Part shown: positions 46,923 to 56,799 of the stretch, piece by piece
How the letters are laid out: every line of letters starts with the position of its first letter
Position numbering within the stretch: the stretch's first letter is position 1
NCBI GenBank assembly: GCA_045113315.1
Contig: JBGUIX010000015.1
Span: forward strand, 8,670 to 72,669
Origin: Bacilli bacterium
Lineage (GTDB): Bacteria; Bacillota_I; Bacilli_A; RFN20; CAG-826
Direction: 5' to 3'
DNA: 64,000 nucleotides
The notes under the pieces: generated by a model
The model's input: only the letters and a program-made list of their open reading frames with translations
What the model was told of the DNA's origin: nothing
Database searches by the model: none
Made by a program: the position numbers and the translations under genes

Positions 46923-46936
46923 CGGGGGTACTTTTT

Positions 46937-47968
46937 ATGAATAGTGCATTCACCTTAACATTTGGTCAGCAGCCACAGAATTATATCGATAGGACATTAG
47001 ATTCCAATCGTATTTATGATGACTTTAATTTAGATTTTCCTCTTTCCCATGTCTACATCATCACTGGTGTTAGAGGATCCGGTAAAACTGTTTTATTAAC
47101 CGATGTCTCTAATCGATTTAAAGATAATAGTGATTGGGTTGTCGTGGATGTTAATCCTAATCGTGAAATATTAAGTCAGATTGCCGCTCAAATTTATGAT
47201 AATACAAATGTTAAACACCTATTTTTAAAGGCTTCTTTTTCGTTTTCCTTTCATGGCTTTGGTTTTACTATTGAAGGCAAAGAACCTGTTTCAAATGTGA
47301 AAACGATCTTAGAAAAAATGCTCGATGTATTAAATAAGAATCACAAAAAAGTGTTAATCACTATCGATGAAATATCTAACAATCTCCACACAAGATCATT
47401 TGTGCATGACTTCCAAAGCTTATTAAGAGATAACTACGAAATCTTCCTTTTGATGACTGGCTTATATGAAAACGTTTTTTCTTTACAAAACAATAAAAAT
47501 CTTACCTTCTTGTACCGCGCTCCAAAAATAGACTTAAAGCCTTTAGATATTAATATGGTATATGACAAATATGCCCAAATATTTACCTCGGAAAATAGTG
47601 AGACCATCCGCCAATTAGCGGAACTTACCAAAGGTTATGCGTTTGCTTATCAAGTTGTTGGTTTTCTATTCTCGAAATATAAAGTTTTTAATAAGATTTT
47701 TGATGAACTTGATAAATATTTATCACTTTACACTTATGACAAAATTTGGGCTAATCTTCCTTCCCAAGAAAAGAAATTCTTAAAATGCTTTAAAAGTGAT
47801 ACCGCAACTACAGAAGAAATTAATAAATTTTTTAACGGTAATATCAAAGCGACATCCGTTTATAGAGATCGTTTAATTAAACGCGGCTTAATCGATGGGG
47901 ATGGAAGAGGCAATAACACTTTGACATTACCTAGATTTGAACAATTTATAAATCGGCAAGAAATATAG
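46937..47968 (+). CDS. AAA/STAND-like ATPase with C-terminal wHTH
   Basis: FTLTFG..P, ITGVRGSGKT, ITIDEI, TKGYAFAYQ, YRDRLIKRGLI...LPRF; start at 46937 after a GGGGG RBS. Confidence 0.8.
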   Translation: MNSAFTLTFGQQPQNYIDRTLDSNRIYDDFNLDFPLSHVYIITGVRGSGKTVLLTDVSNRFKDNSDWVVVDVNPNREILSQIAAQIYDNTNVKHLFLKASFSFSFHGFGFTIEGKEPVSNVKTILEKMLDVLNKNHKKVLITIDEISNNLHTRSFVHDFQSLLRDNYEIFLLMTGLYENVFSLQNNKNLTFLYRAPKIDLKPLDINMVYDKYAQIFTSENSETIRQLAELTKGYAFAYQVVGFLFSKYKVFNKIFDELDKYLSLYTYDKIWANLPSQEKKFLKCFKSDTATTEEINKFFNGNIKATSVYRDRLIKRGLIDGDGRGNNTLTLPRFEQFINRQEI

Positions 47969-47991
47969 TTTAATTCCATATTTTTGACTTC

Positions 47992-48016
47992 AAAATGGGC
48001 ATTTAGGCTCATTTTT
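47992..48016 (+). terminator. Intrinsic terminator
   Basis: AAAATGGGC-atttag-GCTCATTTT-TT. Confidence 0.6.
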
Positions 48017-48107
48017 TATTTTTACAAATTACTTTACTTGCTTTATGTGTGTGTTATATAATAAACGCACTTTTTACATTTCGTACACACGAGAGGAGGT
48101 AAAAGTT

Positions 48108-51100
48108 ATGAAGAAAATAGGTCTACTTCTAGTAAGTGTTACCGGAATATTAGCCTTAACAGGATGCTCCGCTAGCGCAAACAAAGAAGAAATGCCAGTC
48201 AGAGACAAACGCATTATCGTCGAAGTTGGTTACGACGTGAAGAGTTTGACTAGTGAAGGCATTAAAAACTCCCAACAATTCGTTTACAACAACATTAAAG
48301 AGTTAGCGACAAGAAACATCCGCAAAACTCAAAGTTATGACACATTAGTGAACGCATTCGTTCTTGAAGTCAATGAAAACGATATTGAAAAGATTAAACA
48401 AGTACCTGGCGTTAAAAGCGTTACCGTAGACAAGATTCATGCCGAACAAGTCTATCAAAACGATGGCGCTGTCCCATTAGTGATCACAAGAGATGGTGGT
48501 TCTGTGGAAGAAAACATTTCCGCCACAACGATGAATAAGCCAGAAGGCACTAATGATGGTGAAGGTACAATCGTTGCCATCTTAGATAACGAATTCCATT
48601 TAAGAGGTAAAACAAGTACTGAAGCAGCTTGGCATCATGAAGTTTATGATCCATTAGCGGTAGGTGTAAAAACCAAATATACGTTTGATGACATTAAATC
48701 ATTTGTTTCTAAAGGTCTAAATGCGAAACAAACAAGTACCACAGCGGGTAATGAAGGTTCCTTATATTTCAATAACAAGGTCCCATTCTATTACGACTAT
48801 GGTGGAACATCTATCAATTATGGACAAGCCGGTACTCCAAAACATGACGTCCATAGTGATACCGATTATCACGGTAGCCATGTTAGTTCCATTACCGCTG
48901 CTAATGCGCCTACATATAAAGGTATTGCTCCAAAAGCTCAATTAGCGTTAATGAAAGTCTTTACCGAATATGACGCAAAAGGTGGTATCGGTGAAGCCGC
49001 TGGCCTACCAAGCCATACAGGTGCTTATGATTCATGTATCCTTTCAGCCTTAGAAGACTGCGTGAAATTAAAAGTTGATGGTATCAACATGTCCTTAGGT
49101 AGTGACTTAGGTGACTTCGATACTGATTCCATCACCATGAAAGTCTTAAGCAAATTACAAGATGAAGGCATTATGAGTGCTATCTCCGCTGGTAACAACG
49201 GCAAAACATCATTCTCCTTCGTCGGTGCTTATGCTAACTGGGGAACAGAAATGGTGGAAACTGGCTGTTTAGGTAGCTATGCCAATAGCAGTGATTCCAC
49301 AATCGTCGCTTCTGGTCAACCAACTAAAATTTTCTATGAATACGGCATCGTCGTTAATGGACAAACCGTTCCATATCAAGATCAAGTCGTCAATAGAAAT
49401 GAATATGATCCAGACTTCAGTGAAGAACACCGCTTAAAGGATTTAGGCAATCAATCTTGGGTTTATGTCCCAGGCTTCGGTTTAGAAAGTGACTATACCG
49501 GACTCGATGTCCAAGGTAAAGTCGCCGTCGTCAATCGTGGTAGTTCTTCATTCGCTGATAAATATATGACGGCGAGAAGCCATCGTGCTAGCGGCTTAAT
49601 CGTTATCAATAACGACCCAACCGCGACAGACTTCACCTTCTCCATGAGTTTCGGTGATACAGAACCAAATATGCCTGTGGCATATGTCTTATATAAAGAT
49701 AAAGGCATCTTCTCTAGTGATCCACGTCATGGTGATTACACATTATTAGCAGAAGGTGGTGAAGAAAGCGTTAACCCAGCCGCTTATACCGTCTCCACAT
49801 TCTCTAGTGATGGCGCTAGATTCGATCTAGATTTAAAACCAGATGTCACCACCCCTGGTGATAACATCAAAGGTGCGGTTCCAGAACACGCATTAACCAA
49901 CAAAACCAAAGAAGAAAAAGAAGCTTTGAAAAATAAAGCCTATGCATATTTAAGTGGTACCTCCATGGCCGCTCCTAACTATGCTGGTGCTCAAGCTCTC
50001 TTATTATCCAAAGTTGCTAAAAACGGAACAGAAGCAGAAATATCTGCTTATCGTAAAACAATCGATATGAGATTGATGTCGACTGCTGATCCAATGGAAG
50101 ATTTGTATCCAAATCCCGAAGATTTAGCGGAAGATCCAGCTACAACAGAGAAAACCATCTCCTCACCAAGAATTCAAGGTGCTGGTATGGTCGACTTAGA
50201 AGGCGCGTTAGCAACCGATGTTTATTTAGAAGGTTTAGACGCAACTGGCCAAAAAGGTATTAAGAGAAGCAAAATTGTTTTAAGAAACAATCCTGATATC
50301 GCTAAAGGTGATATTAAATTATCATTCTTAGCTCATAACGAAAGCGACGAAGATAGAAATTATAACGTCACCGTTAGTGTTATGAGACCAGCGGTTGCTC
50401 ATCCAAACAACTTAGTTTCTAAAGAATATAATTTCAAAGGCGAAATCGATGCCATTGAAAACTTCCCAGGTAAATCCTATTATGATGTTTCCTTAGGAAG
50501 AATGGAAGTTGCTGGTGGTGCCTTCGCCTATAGAGATGTCTATAAAGTTAGTAAAGATATTCAATATTTCGCTAGTGAAGCAGATTATCGAGATTATGAA
50601 TACTATAAAGACAAAGATCCAGAAGAAGCCCAGAAATATTATTCCGTGATTAAAGAAGGATATTACTATAATGCTTCTGAATCAACTAGTGGCACTGATT
50701 GGAAAGACTTACCAAGTTTTGAAGCTCAATCAGTCATGGATAAACAAATCGCCACATTTACACAAAGTGTAACCATCAAACCAGGTGAAAGCACTGTCAC
50801 CTTAAATCCATATTCTTTAACTGAACAAGATAAGAAAGATATCTTAGATGTTTATGAATACGGCTCTATGATCGAAGGCTATGTGACCTTAGAAAGTACA
50901 GATGGTCATACTGACTTATCAATTCCTTATTTAGGTTTCTATTCCGGAACTGATAAGAATAGCGAAGCTAGCTATGATAGCGCTCCAGTCGTGGAACCAT
51001 TCTCATTTGAAAAAGATCCAACTAAGATCTATCCATCTTATTATCTAAACGATATCGCCAGATCCTTAATCGGTAAGGATAACGCGAATATGGAGTCCAT

Positions 51101-52190
51101 GATGGTGGCGGGTAAAGTCGATTCTCCAGACTTACTCGATGTCGATAAGATTCGTAGTAACGACTTATCATTCGAAGACTTAACTGGTTTCTATCCATTA
51201 GGTACAGATCCACGTACTAATGAATATGTTGAGGATCCTTCTAATAACTTATATTTAGGTAGTGATCAAACAAATACATTAGTCATTCAACAGTTCGTTC
51301 TAAGAAGCGTTGATAATAACTATTTCACCTTAACTAATAAAGCCACTGGTGAAGTGGTCCATAAGAGCGCTCTTGAAGATAACTTATACGGAACTACCGA
51401 AGGTAAATATTCCTTATATAAATCTCATGTCGATGCTGGTTTCTTAAGTGCTGGCTATGTCTGTCATAGAGCTTTAGCGGTTGTCCCAATGTATGATGAA
51501 ATCACTGGTGAAACATTCCCAAGTGGTGAATACGAACTCAAATTCAACTACAAACTCGCTGGTACTGGTAACTGGGTAAGTAAAGCCTACACCTTACATA
51601 TTGATAGTGAAGCTCCAGAAGTGACCACGATCAAACAGTACAAGAAAGATGGCGTTGATAGAGTGAGATTCGATCTTAAAGACGAAAAAATCGCTTACGC
51701 GGTTGTCGGCTTAAACAGAGTGGAAGTTCAATATGATGAAGCCAAGAAAACTTACTTCATCGATGAAGAAAAAGAATTCATTATGAACTGTATGAACGAT
51801 GTTTCCGCGACCGGTGGTAGAAGATTATTCATAAGAGCGATCGATTATGCGAGAGGCTCTATTGGATGTATCATCCACTTCAATAATGAAAACGATATGA
51901 ATAAAGGCGTGACCACTGTTCAAGGCAAGAACTTAACAGTTGCTCATGACTTCAAATATGAAAAAGGTGTCTTAACCATCATTGATAACTTCGGTAATCC
52001 AGTGGATGTCAAAGGCGACTTATTCATCAACAATGAAAAATACGATCCATTAAATCCTATAAAGAATAAAGGTAATTACACATGGGTAATCGTATTAGCT
52101 AGTGTCGGTGGTGGTTTATTACTCATCGGCGGTGGCGTATTCCTATTCTTCTTCTTAAGAAAAAGAAAATTAGGAAAAGGAGGTAAATAA
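48108..52190 (+). CDS. Cell-envelope S8 subtilisin-like protease (I9 propeptide, PA domain, C-terminal TM)
   Basis: Triad VAILD / HGSHVSS / SGTSMAAP; PA domain GKVAVVNRG; lipobox-like LTGC; GGAGG RBS. Confidence 0.92.
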   Translation: MKKIGLLLVSVTGILALTGCSASANKEEMPVRDKRIIVEVGYDVKSLTSEGIKNSQQFVYNNIKELATRNIRKTQSYDTLVNAFVLEVNENDIEKIKQVPGVKSVTVDKIHAEQVYQNDGAVPLVITRDGGSVEENISATTMNKPEGTNDGEGTIVAILDNEFHLRGKTSTEAAWHHEVYDPLAVGVKTKYTFDDIKSFVSKGLNAKQTSTTAGNEGSLYFNNKVPFYYDYGGTSINYGQAGTPKHDVHSDTDYHGSHVSSITAANAPTYKGIAPKAQLALMKVFTEYDAKGGIGEAAGLPSHTGAYDSCILSALEDCVKLKVDGINMSLGSDLGDFDTDSITMKVLSKLQDEGIMSAISAGNNGKTSFSFVGAYANWGTEMVETGCLGSYANSSDSTIVASGQPTKIFYEYGIVVNGQTVPYQDQVVNRNEYDPDFSEEHRLKDLGNQSWVYVPGFGLESDYTGLDVQGKVAVVNRGSSSFADKYMTARSHRASGLIVINNDPTATDFTFSMSFGDTEPNMPVAYVLYKDKGIFSSDPRHGDYTLLAEGGEESVNPAAYTVSTFSSDGARFDLDLKPDVTTPGDNIKGAVPEHALTNKTKEEKEALKNKAYAYLSGTSMAAPNYAGAQALLLSKVAKNGTEAEISAYRKTIDMRLMSTADPMEDLYPNPEDLAEDPATTEKTISSPRIQGAGMVDLEGALATDVYLEGLDATGQKGIKRSKIVLRNNPDIAKGDIKLSFLAHNESDEDRNYNVTVSVMRPAVAHPNNLVSKEYNFKGEIDAIENFPGKSYYDVSLGRMEVAGGAFAYRDVYKVSKDIQYFASEADYRDYEYYKDKDPEEAQKYYSVIKEGYYYNASESTSGTDWKDLPSFEAQSVMDKQIATFTQSVTIKPGESTVTLNPYSLTEQDKKDILDVYEYGSMIEGYVTLESTDGHTDLSIPYLGFYSGTDKNSEASYDSAPVVEPFSFEKDPTKIYPSYYLNDIARSLIGKDNANMESMMVAGKVDSPDLLDVDKIRSNDLSFEDLTGFYPLGTDPRTNEYVEDPSNNLYLGSDQTNTLVIQQFVLRSVDNNYFTLTNKATGEVVHKSALEDNLYGTTEGKYSLYKSHVDAGFLSAGYVCHRALAVVPMYDEITGETFPSGEYELKFNYKLAGTGNWVSKAYTLHIDSEAPEVTTIKQYKKDGVDRVRFDLKDEKIAYAVVGLNRVEVQYDEAKKTYFIDEEKEFIMNCMNDVSATGGRRLFIRAIDYARGSIGCIIHFNNENDMNKGVTTVQGKNLTVAHDFKYEKGVLTIIDNFGNPVDVKGDLFINNEKYDPLNPIKNKGNYTWVIVLASVGGGLLLIGGGVFLFFFLRKRKLGKGGK

Positions 52191-52192
52191 TT

Positions 52193-55100
52193 ATGAAAAA
52201 TAAATTTATTCTCGGTATTGCAGCGGTCGGCTTATTATCTTTAGGAGCTGTCACCGGTTGTAAAAGAAAAACTAACAGTAGTGAAGTTGATTTCTCCTTC
52301 TCTATCGGTTTAGAAAGCGGTTATAAACGTTTACGTGTCGGTGCTTCTAGTCGAATCGTCGTTACGGCGGACGGAAATACCTCTGGTAGAAACTATGCTT
52401 ACCGTAGTAGCGATGAATCAGTCTTAAAGATTGAAAATGGTGTCGCGACCGGTTTAAAAGATGGTAAAGCGACGATTAACGCTGTCGAATCTACTTCTGG
52501 TAAATCCGCAAGCGTGAACATCGTTGTTTCTAGTGCCACTGAAGCTAATGGTGGTTATAACTACGCAGCGGCGACAGGTGAGGAATCAATTAAAACTAGA
52601 ACCGAAATTCTTGCTACATTAGAAAAATATGCGATGGATAATCACTTAACTGGTATTACCTTATTTGAAAATGGTGGTTATGTGAAATATCATCCACGTG
52701 TCAAATTACCAACCAATGAATATATCACTGGTTTTGGATTTGGCTTATTATCAGATGGTGAATTGGTTGGAGATTTAGATAAAGAAGAAGTTGTAAAATA
52801 TAAAAAATATTTACATACCGCTACCTCTTCTGACCCATTAACTATTAATGAAAAGAATGATACAGGTAGCCAAGTCAGCGATTTAGCCGGCTATATCACC
52901 TCTTCCTTCTGGGGTACTAGATTAAATAGTACAAAGGATAATTATGAATGGTATCCAGTTTTAGCTAGAGACAAAGTCACTTTAGCGGGACAACAATACG
53001 ACAATAATCGTCCATTCCCTGTTGTTCCTGCTCCAGTAGGCCAAGAATCACAATATCCTGATGGGAAACCTTTGAATCCAAATGAAGAAGCTAACCCATT
53101 AAAACTATATGATACATATAGAATCTATTTAAGAGACGGTGTTAGATATAACACTACAGCCACAATTGCTGGCAGAGCTGAATTTAATGACACCGAAGTG
53201 CAATTAGAGGACTATGAATTTGCTTTCCGTTTCTTATTAACTGGTAGCCATAAACAAAAACGTGGTACCGAAATGGCGAATGATACCTCTTATGGTATTA
53301 AAGGCGCTCAAAAATATAACACTGAAACTAAAGATAAATCTGATGTCGATAACAAGAAGTTATGGGACATTATGGTCGACGATGGTTCTTTAGGTGTTAA
53401 AGTTGGTACAGATGATGCCGGTCAAAAATATATCCAATTAACATTAGTTAATCCAATCGATAGATTTACCGCGATGTATACCTTATCTTCCTCTTTATAT
53501 TCTCCATTACCAGAAGAATTCATTAGACAATGTTCCTATGATCCTGCTCGTAACAATGCCTTAGCCATTGGCGCGCAAGCATATGGTAACTTCAATGATG
53601 AAATTAGATATAAAGACAAAGGTCAAAATGATATTAAACAATTCACCATTGCGGTTGGACCATACCATTTAGAAGAATGGGAAGAAAATCAAACTATTAT
53701 TTTTAAGAAAAGTGAAAATTGGTTTGAAAGTGCCACTCGTTATCATATTCCAGGTGTCAAACTTGTGGTTATGAAAGCTGTCCAAAGTGACCCAGATGCT
53801 ATATATAAACAATTTAATAATGGGTATTTAGATAGCTGTGGTATTCCAAGTAGACACGTTTCTGAAGAACTTGGTAAGGAAGGTGTCAAACAAACTAAAG
53901 GTGACTCCACATTTAAATTAAATGTTAACTCTTGTACACAAGAGACATGGAACGATTTATTCGGTCCTAACGGCAAGATTTATAAGAATGCCAACTGGGA
54001 AGTTAAACCATGGATGAGTAATGATAACTTCTTAAGTGGTTTATTCCATTCTATTAATAGAAAAGTGTTCGCTGATAATAGAGGTGTGGCACCATCTATT
54101 AACTACTTCTCCGATGCGTACTTATCTGACGCTGAAGGTGGTAAATCTTATAATGAAACCGAAGCTCATAAAGCCGCTGTTGCGGATTATGAAACCTATG
54201 ATAGAGATGGTAACTCTACTTATGGTTATGACTACGATAAAGCTGTCTTATCATTCAAAGCGGCAGTAAGAGAATTAGCCGCAGCTGGTAAGATTGAAAA
54301 AGGTACAAAATCTAAACCAACCACCATTCATATCCATATTAGATGGATGTATCAAACCGATATTAAAGAATACGGTGAAGAAATTGCTACCTACTTTGAA
54401 GATGCTTTCAATAACGAAGCTGTCAGTGGTGGTACTGTGAAATTAAAAGTTGATCAAGAAGCTGTTACTAACTGGCAAGACGTTTATAACATCTACTTAA
54501 TGAGAGGCCAATTCGATTTAGGTTTCGGTGCGATTAGTGGTAACACTTATAACCCATTAAACTTCTTAGAAGTCTTAAGGAGTGATAACTCCTCTGGATT
54601 TACTCTTAACTGGGGTACTGATACCTCTAAAGTTACTGAAGGTAAACCAGCAGAATACGATCATAAATTATGGTCCTATGACTCCTTATGGGAAGTCGCT
54701 GATCACGGTGGTGTTGTCGAAAATGGTGTCGCTGTTAAATCAGTCCAAGAAAGCTATCTTGAAACTCCAAAAAATAGCGGTGGTCAAGATACTAACGAAC
54801 TCTACAATGGCTTCAACGTTGATTCTCCATTAAAATTCGTCGATGTTGGCTCATCCGTCGTCTTTGGTGTTAGTAAAGTTCAACTCTACGTCTCCGGCTC
54901 TGGTTCTTATAACTTAGACGCTACATATAACGATGGCAAATTACATATCATTGTTCCAGCTAGCCAGGCTAGTGAAATTAACACTGATATTCAAAAGACC
55001 AACCATTTAGATCAAGAAGAAAGTCCATCTTATGATCCACATCCATTTGTCTTAGATAACTATGGCAAATATTGGACAGTGGAAGTCTATTACACACTTT

Positions 55101-55201
55101 CCATCAATGGTGGTACACCATCTGAATCATATGTGACCGTCGCTAAGAATAAAGATGCTCAACCTAAAAATGTTAGATACTCATTCTTAGGAGGTAGATA
55201 A
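52193..55201 (+). CDS. OppA-like lipoprotein with N-terminal Ig-like (Big_2) domain
   Basis: Lipobox VTGC; SSDESV..IENGVATGLK.GKATI; IYLRDGV, VGPYHL, INRK SBP family 5 features; lies in the opp locus. Confidence 0.65.
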   Translation: MKNKFILGIAAVGLLSLGAVTGCKRKTNSSEVDFSFSIGLESGYKRLRVGASSRIVVTADGNTSGRNYAYRSSDESVLKIENGVATGLKDGKATINAVESTSGKSASVNIVVSSATEANGGYNYAAATGEESIKTRTEILATLEKYAMDNHLTGITLFENGGYVKYHPRVKLPTNEYITGFGFGLLSDGELVGDLDKEEVVKYKKYLHTATSSDPLTINEKNDTGSQVSDLAGYITSSFWGTRLNSTKDNYEWYPVLARDKVTLAGQQYDNNRPFPVVPAPVGQESQYPDGKPLNPNEEANPLKLYDTYRIYLRDGVRYNTTATIAGRAEFNDTEVQLEDYEFAFRFLLTGSHKQKRGTEMANDTSYGIKGAQKYNTETKDKSDVDNKKLWDIMVDDGSLGVKVGTDDAGQKYIQLTLVNPIDRFTAMYTLSSSLYSPLPEEFIRQCSYDPARNNALAIGAQAYGNFNDEIRYKDKGQNDIKQFTIAVGPYHLEEWEENQTIIFKKSENWFESATRYHIPGVKLVVMKAVQSDPDAIYKQFNNGYLDSCGIPSRHVSEELGKEGVKQTKGDSTFKLNVNSCTQETWNDLFGPNGKIYKNANWEVKPWMSNDNFLSGLFHSINRKVFADNRGVAPSINYFSDAYLSDAEGGKSYNETEAHKAAVADYETYDRDGNSTYGYDYDKAVLSFKAAVRELAAAGKIEKGTKSKPTTIHIHIRWMYQTDIKEYGEEIATYFEDAFNNEAVSGGTVKLKVDQEAVTNWQDVYNIYLMRGQFDLGFGAISGNTYNPLNFLEVLRSDNSSGFTLNWGTDTSKVTEGKPAEYDHKLWSYDSLWEVADHGGVVENGVAVKSVQESYLETPKNSGGQDTNELYNGFNVDSPLKFVDVGSSVVFGVSKVQLYVSGSGSYNLDATYNDGKLHIIVPASQASEINTDIQKTNHLDQEESPSYDPHPFVLDNYGKYWTVEVYYTLSINGGTPSESYVTVAKNKDAQPKNVRYSFLGGR

Positions 55202-55202
55202 T

Positions 55203-56369
55203 ATGAATAAAAAATTATTCTTATCATCCTTAGTCCTCTTATCTTTAGTAGTCACAGGTTGTTCTAACAAAAAGAAAAGTAGTGAAGATCCTGTTCCAAA
55301 ATCATTTGAAACATCTTTAACTACTGTTAGTAGAATTCCATTATTCTTAGAACAAGAGACTGATATCTTAATTCAACCAGAATTTAAATCCACTAACGGC
55401 TATAGATTCGTCTCTTTAAATCCAGAAATTGCTTCTGTTGATGAAAACGGACATCTTAAAGGTTTAGCGGAAGGCGTCGCTAAAGTCGCCGTTATCGATA
55501 AAAATGACAAAACCAAAGGTTCATTTGTCGAAGTTGATGTCGTCTCGAAGATGAAATCTAGAGATATGAACAAAGTTTGTCGTCACTTTGAAGATGTGGC
55601 TAAGACTCAAGTTATCGATAATGTCTTTGAAGATAATGTCTATCTCAGATATGTCACTAAAGACGGTGAAACAAATGAAAGAAGCATTATGAATAGAAGT
55701 ACAGTTTGTTCTAAAGAAGCGGCCTATTTCGGAATGACAAGTCACGATTTTGATTCTGTGGTTCAAGATGGTTCCTACCGCTACAATGAATATCAATATA
55801 TCTTCTATACTAATGAAGGCTTTGATACATATTCATTTAAGACCAGTAATGGTAAAAATGGTTATTATGTCTGCCCAACCGCTAAATATATGTCTAAAGG
55901 TAGATTAGAACCAACATTAATGATTTTAGATAACTTCTTAGTAGCAGGAAGAAAAATCTTTGAACAACAATTAACCGGTATGGATTTAAGCTCAATCGCT
56001 GACACTTTGACCGGTAGCTACACAAACGTCAAAGATCAAATGTTAGGACAAATTGGTGAAAATACTTATGCGGCGACATTTACTGTCACATTTAATGATT
56101 CAACAGCCAGTTTAGAGGATGAATCTAATTATGGCATTCCATATGGTACACCTACACCAACTGAACAAAAGATGACTTATATCATTCAAAATGATGTGGT
56201 TGTTAATCAATATCTTGACGCTGTTGAAAGATATGAAATCGGTGGTAGTAAATACGAATCAATTATTAGATCTCAATCTAACACTGGTATCTTTACCGCT
56301 GAAAATTCTCGTTTAATCTATCCAGATAAAACCCAATACACTTTAGCGGATACATTATTCGATATTTAA
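55203..56369 (+). CDS. Lipoprotein with Ig-like (Big_2) domain
   Basis: Lipobox VTGC; SLNPEIASVDENGHLKGLAEG. Confidence 0.75.
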   Translation: MNKKLFLSSLVLLSLVVTGCSNKKKSSEDPVPKSFETSLTTVSRIPLFLEQETDILIQPEFKSTNGYRFVSLNPEIASVDENGHLKGLAEGVAKVAVIDKNDKTKGSFVEVDVVSKMKSRDMNKVCRHFEDVAKTQVIDNVFEDNVYLRYVTKDGETNERSIMNRSTVCSKEAAYFGMTSHDFDSVVQDGSYRYNEYQYIFYTNEGFDTYSFKTSNGKNGYYVCPTAKYMSKGRLEPTLMILDNFLVAGRKIFEQQLTGMDLSSIADTLTGSYTNVKDQMLGQIGENTYAATFTVTFNDSTASLEDESNYGIPYGTPTPTEQKMTYIIQNDVVVNQYLDAVERYEIGGSKYESIIRSQSNTGIFTAENSRLIYPDKTQYTLADTLFDI

Positions 56370-56388
56370 TCAATAGATTAATCAAACT

Positions 56389-56411
56389 GCGCTCCTCGTT
56401 GAGCGCTTTTT
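56389..56411 (+). terminator. Intrinsic terminator
   Basis: GCGCTC-ctcgtt-GAGCGC-TTTTT. Confidence 0.75.
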
Positions 56412-56466
56412 GATTGCTTATCTTAATATAAATTAATATAAAATAAATATAGAATGGTTAATTAAA

Positions 56467-56628
56467 ATGAAGAATCTAAATAAAGAAAAAGCTAATAGTG
56501 ACGCTTCTAAATGTGAGAAGTCACTTACAAAACATAAAAGGGTAGGGCTTTTAAAAAAAGATTATCCTGATTTTGATATTTCATTAGAAACATTTAATTC
56601 CATACCTATTGAGGGATTTGACTTATAA
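56467..56628 (+). CDS. Possible 53-aa protein (antitoxin-tail-like)
   Basis: MKNLNKE...KRVGLLKKDYPDFDISLETFN; weak RBS. Confidence 0.3.
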   Translation: MKNLNKEKANSDASKCEKSLTKHKRVGLLKKDYPDFDISLETFNSIPIEGFDL

Positions 56629-56799
56629 ATCGCTTTTTTAGATACAGTTTTAGGTTTTTTTGTAAAATTTCTACGCTAACTGCCTAAATTTAGGCTCAAA
56701 ATACCGAATAAGAAATAAAATTTTTATTTTACTTTTTTTCTGAATGTTGTATCATTAATCCAAATTTACAAAAATTTCAAAGAAAGAAGGTTATGAAAC

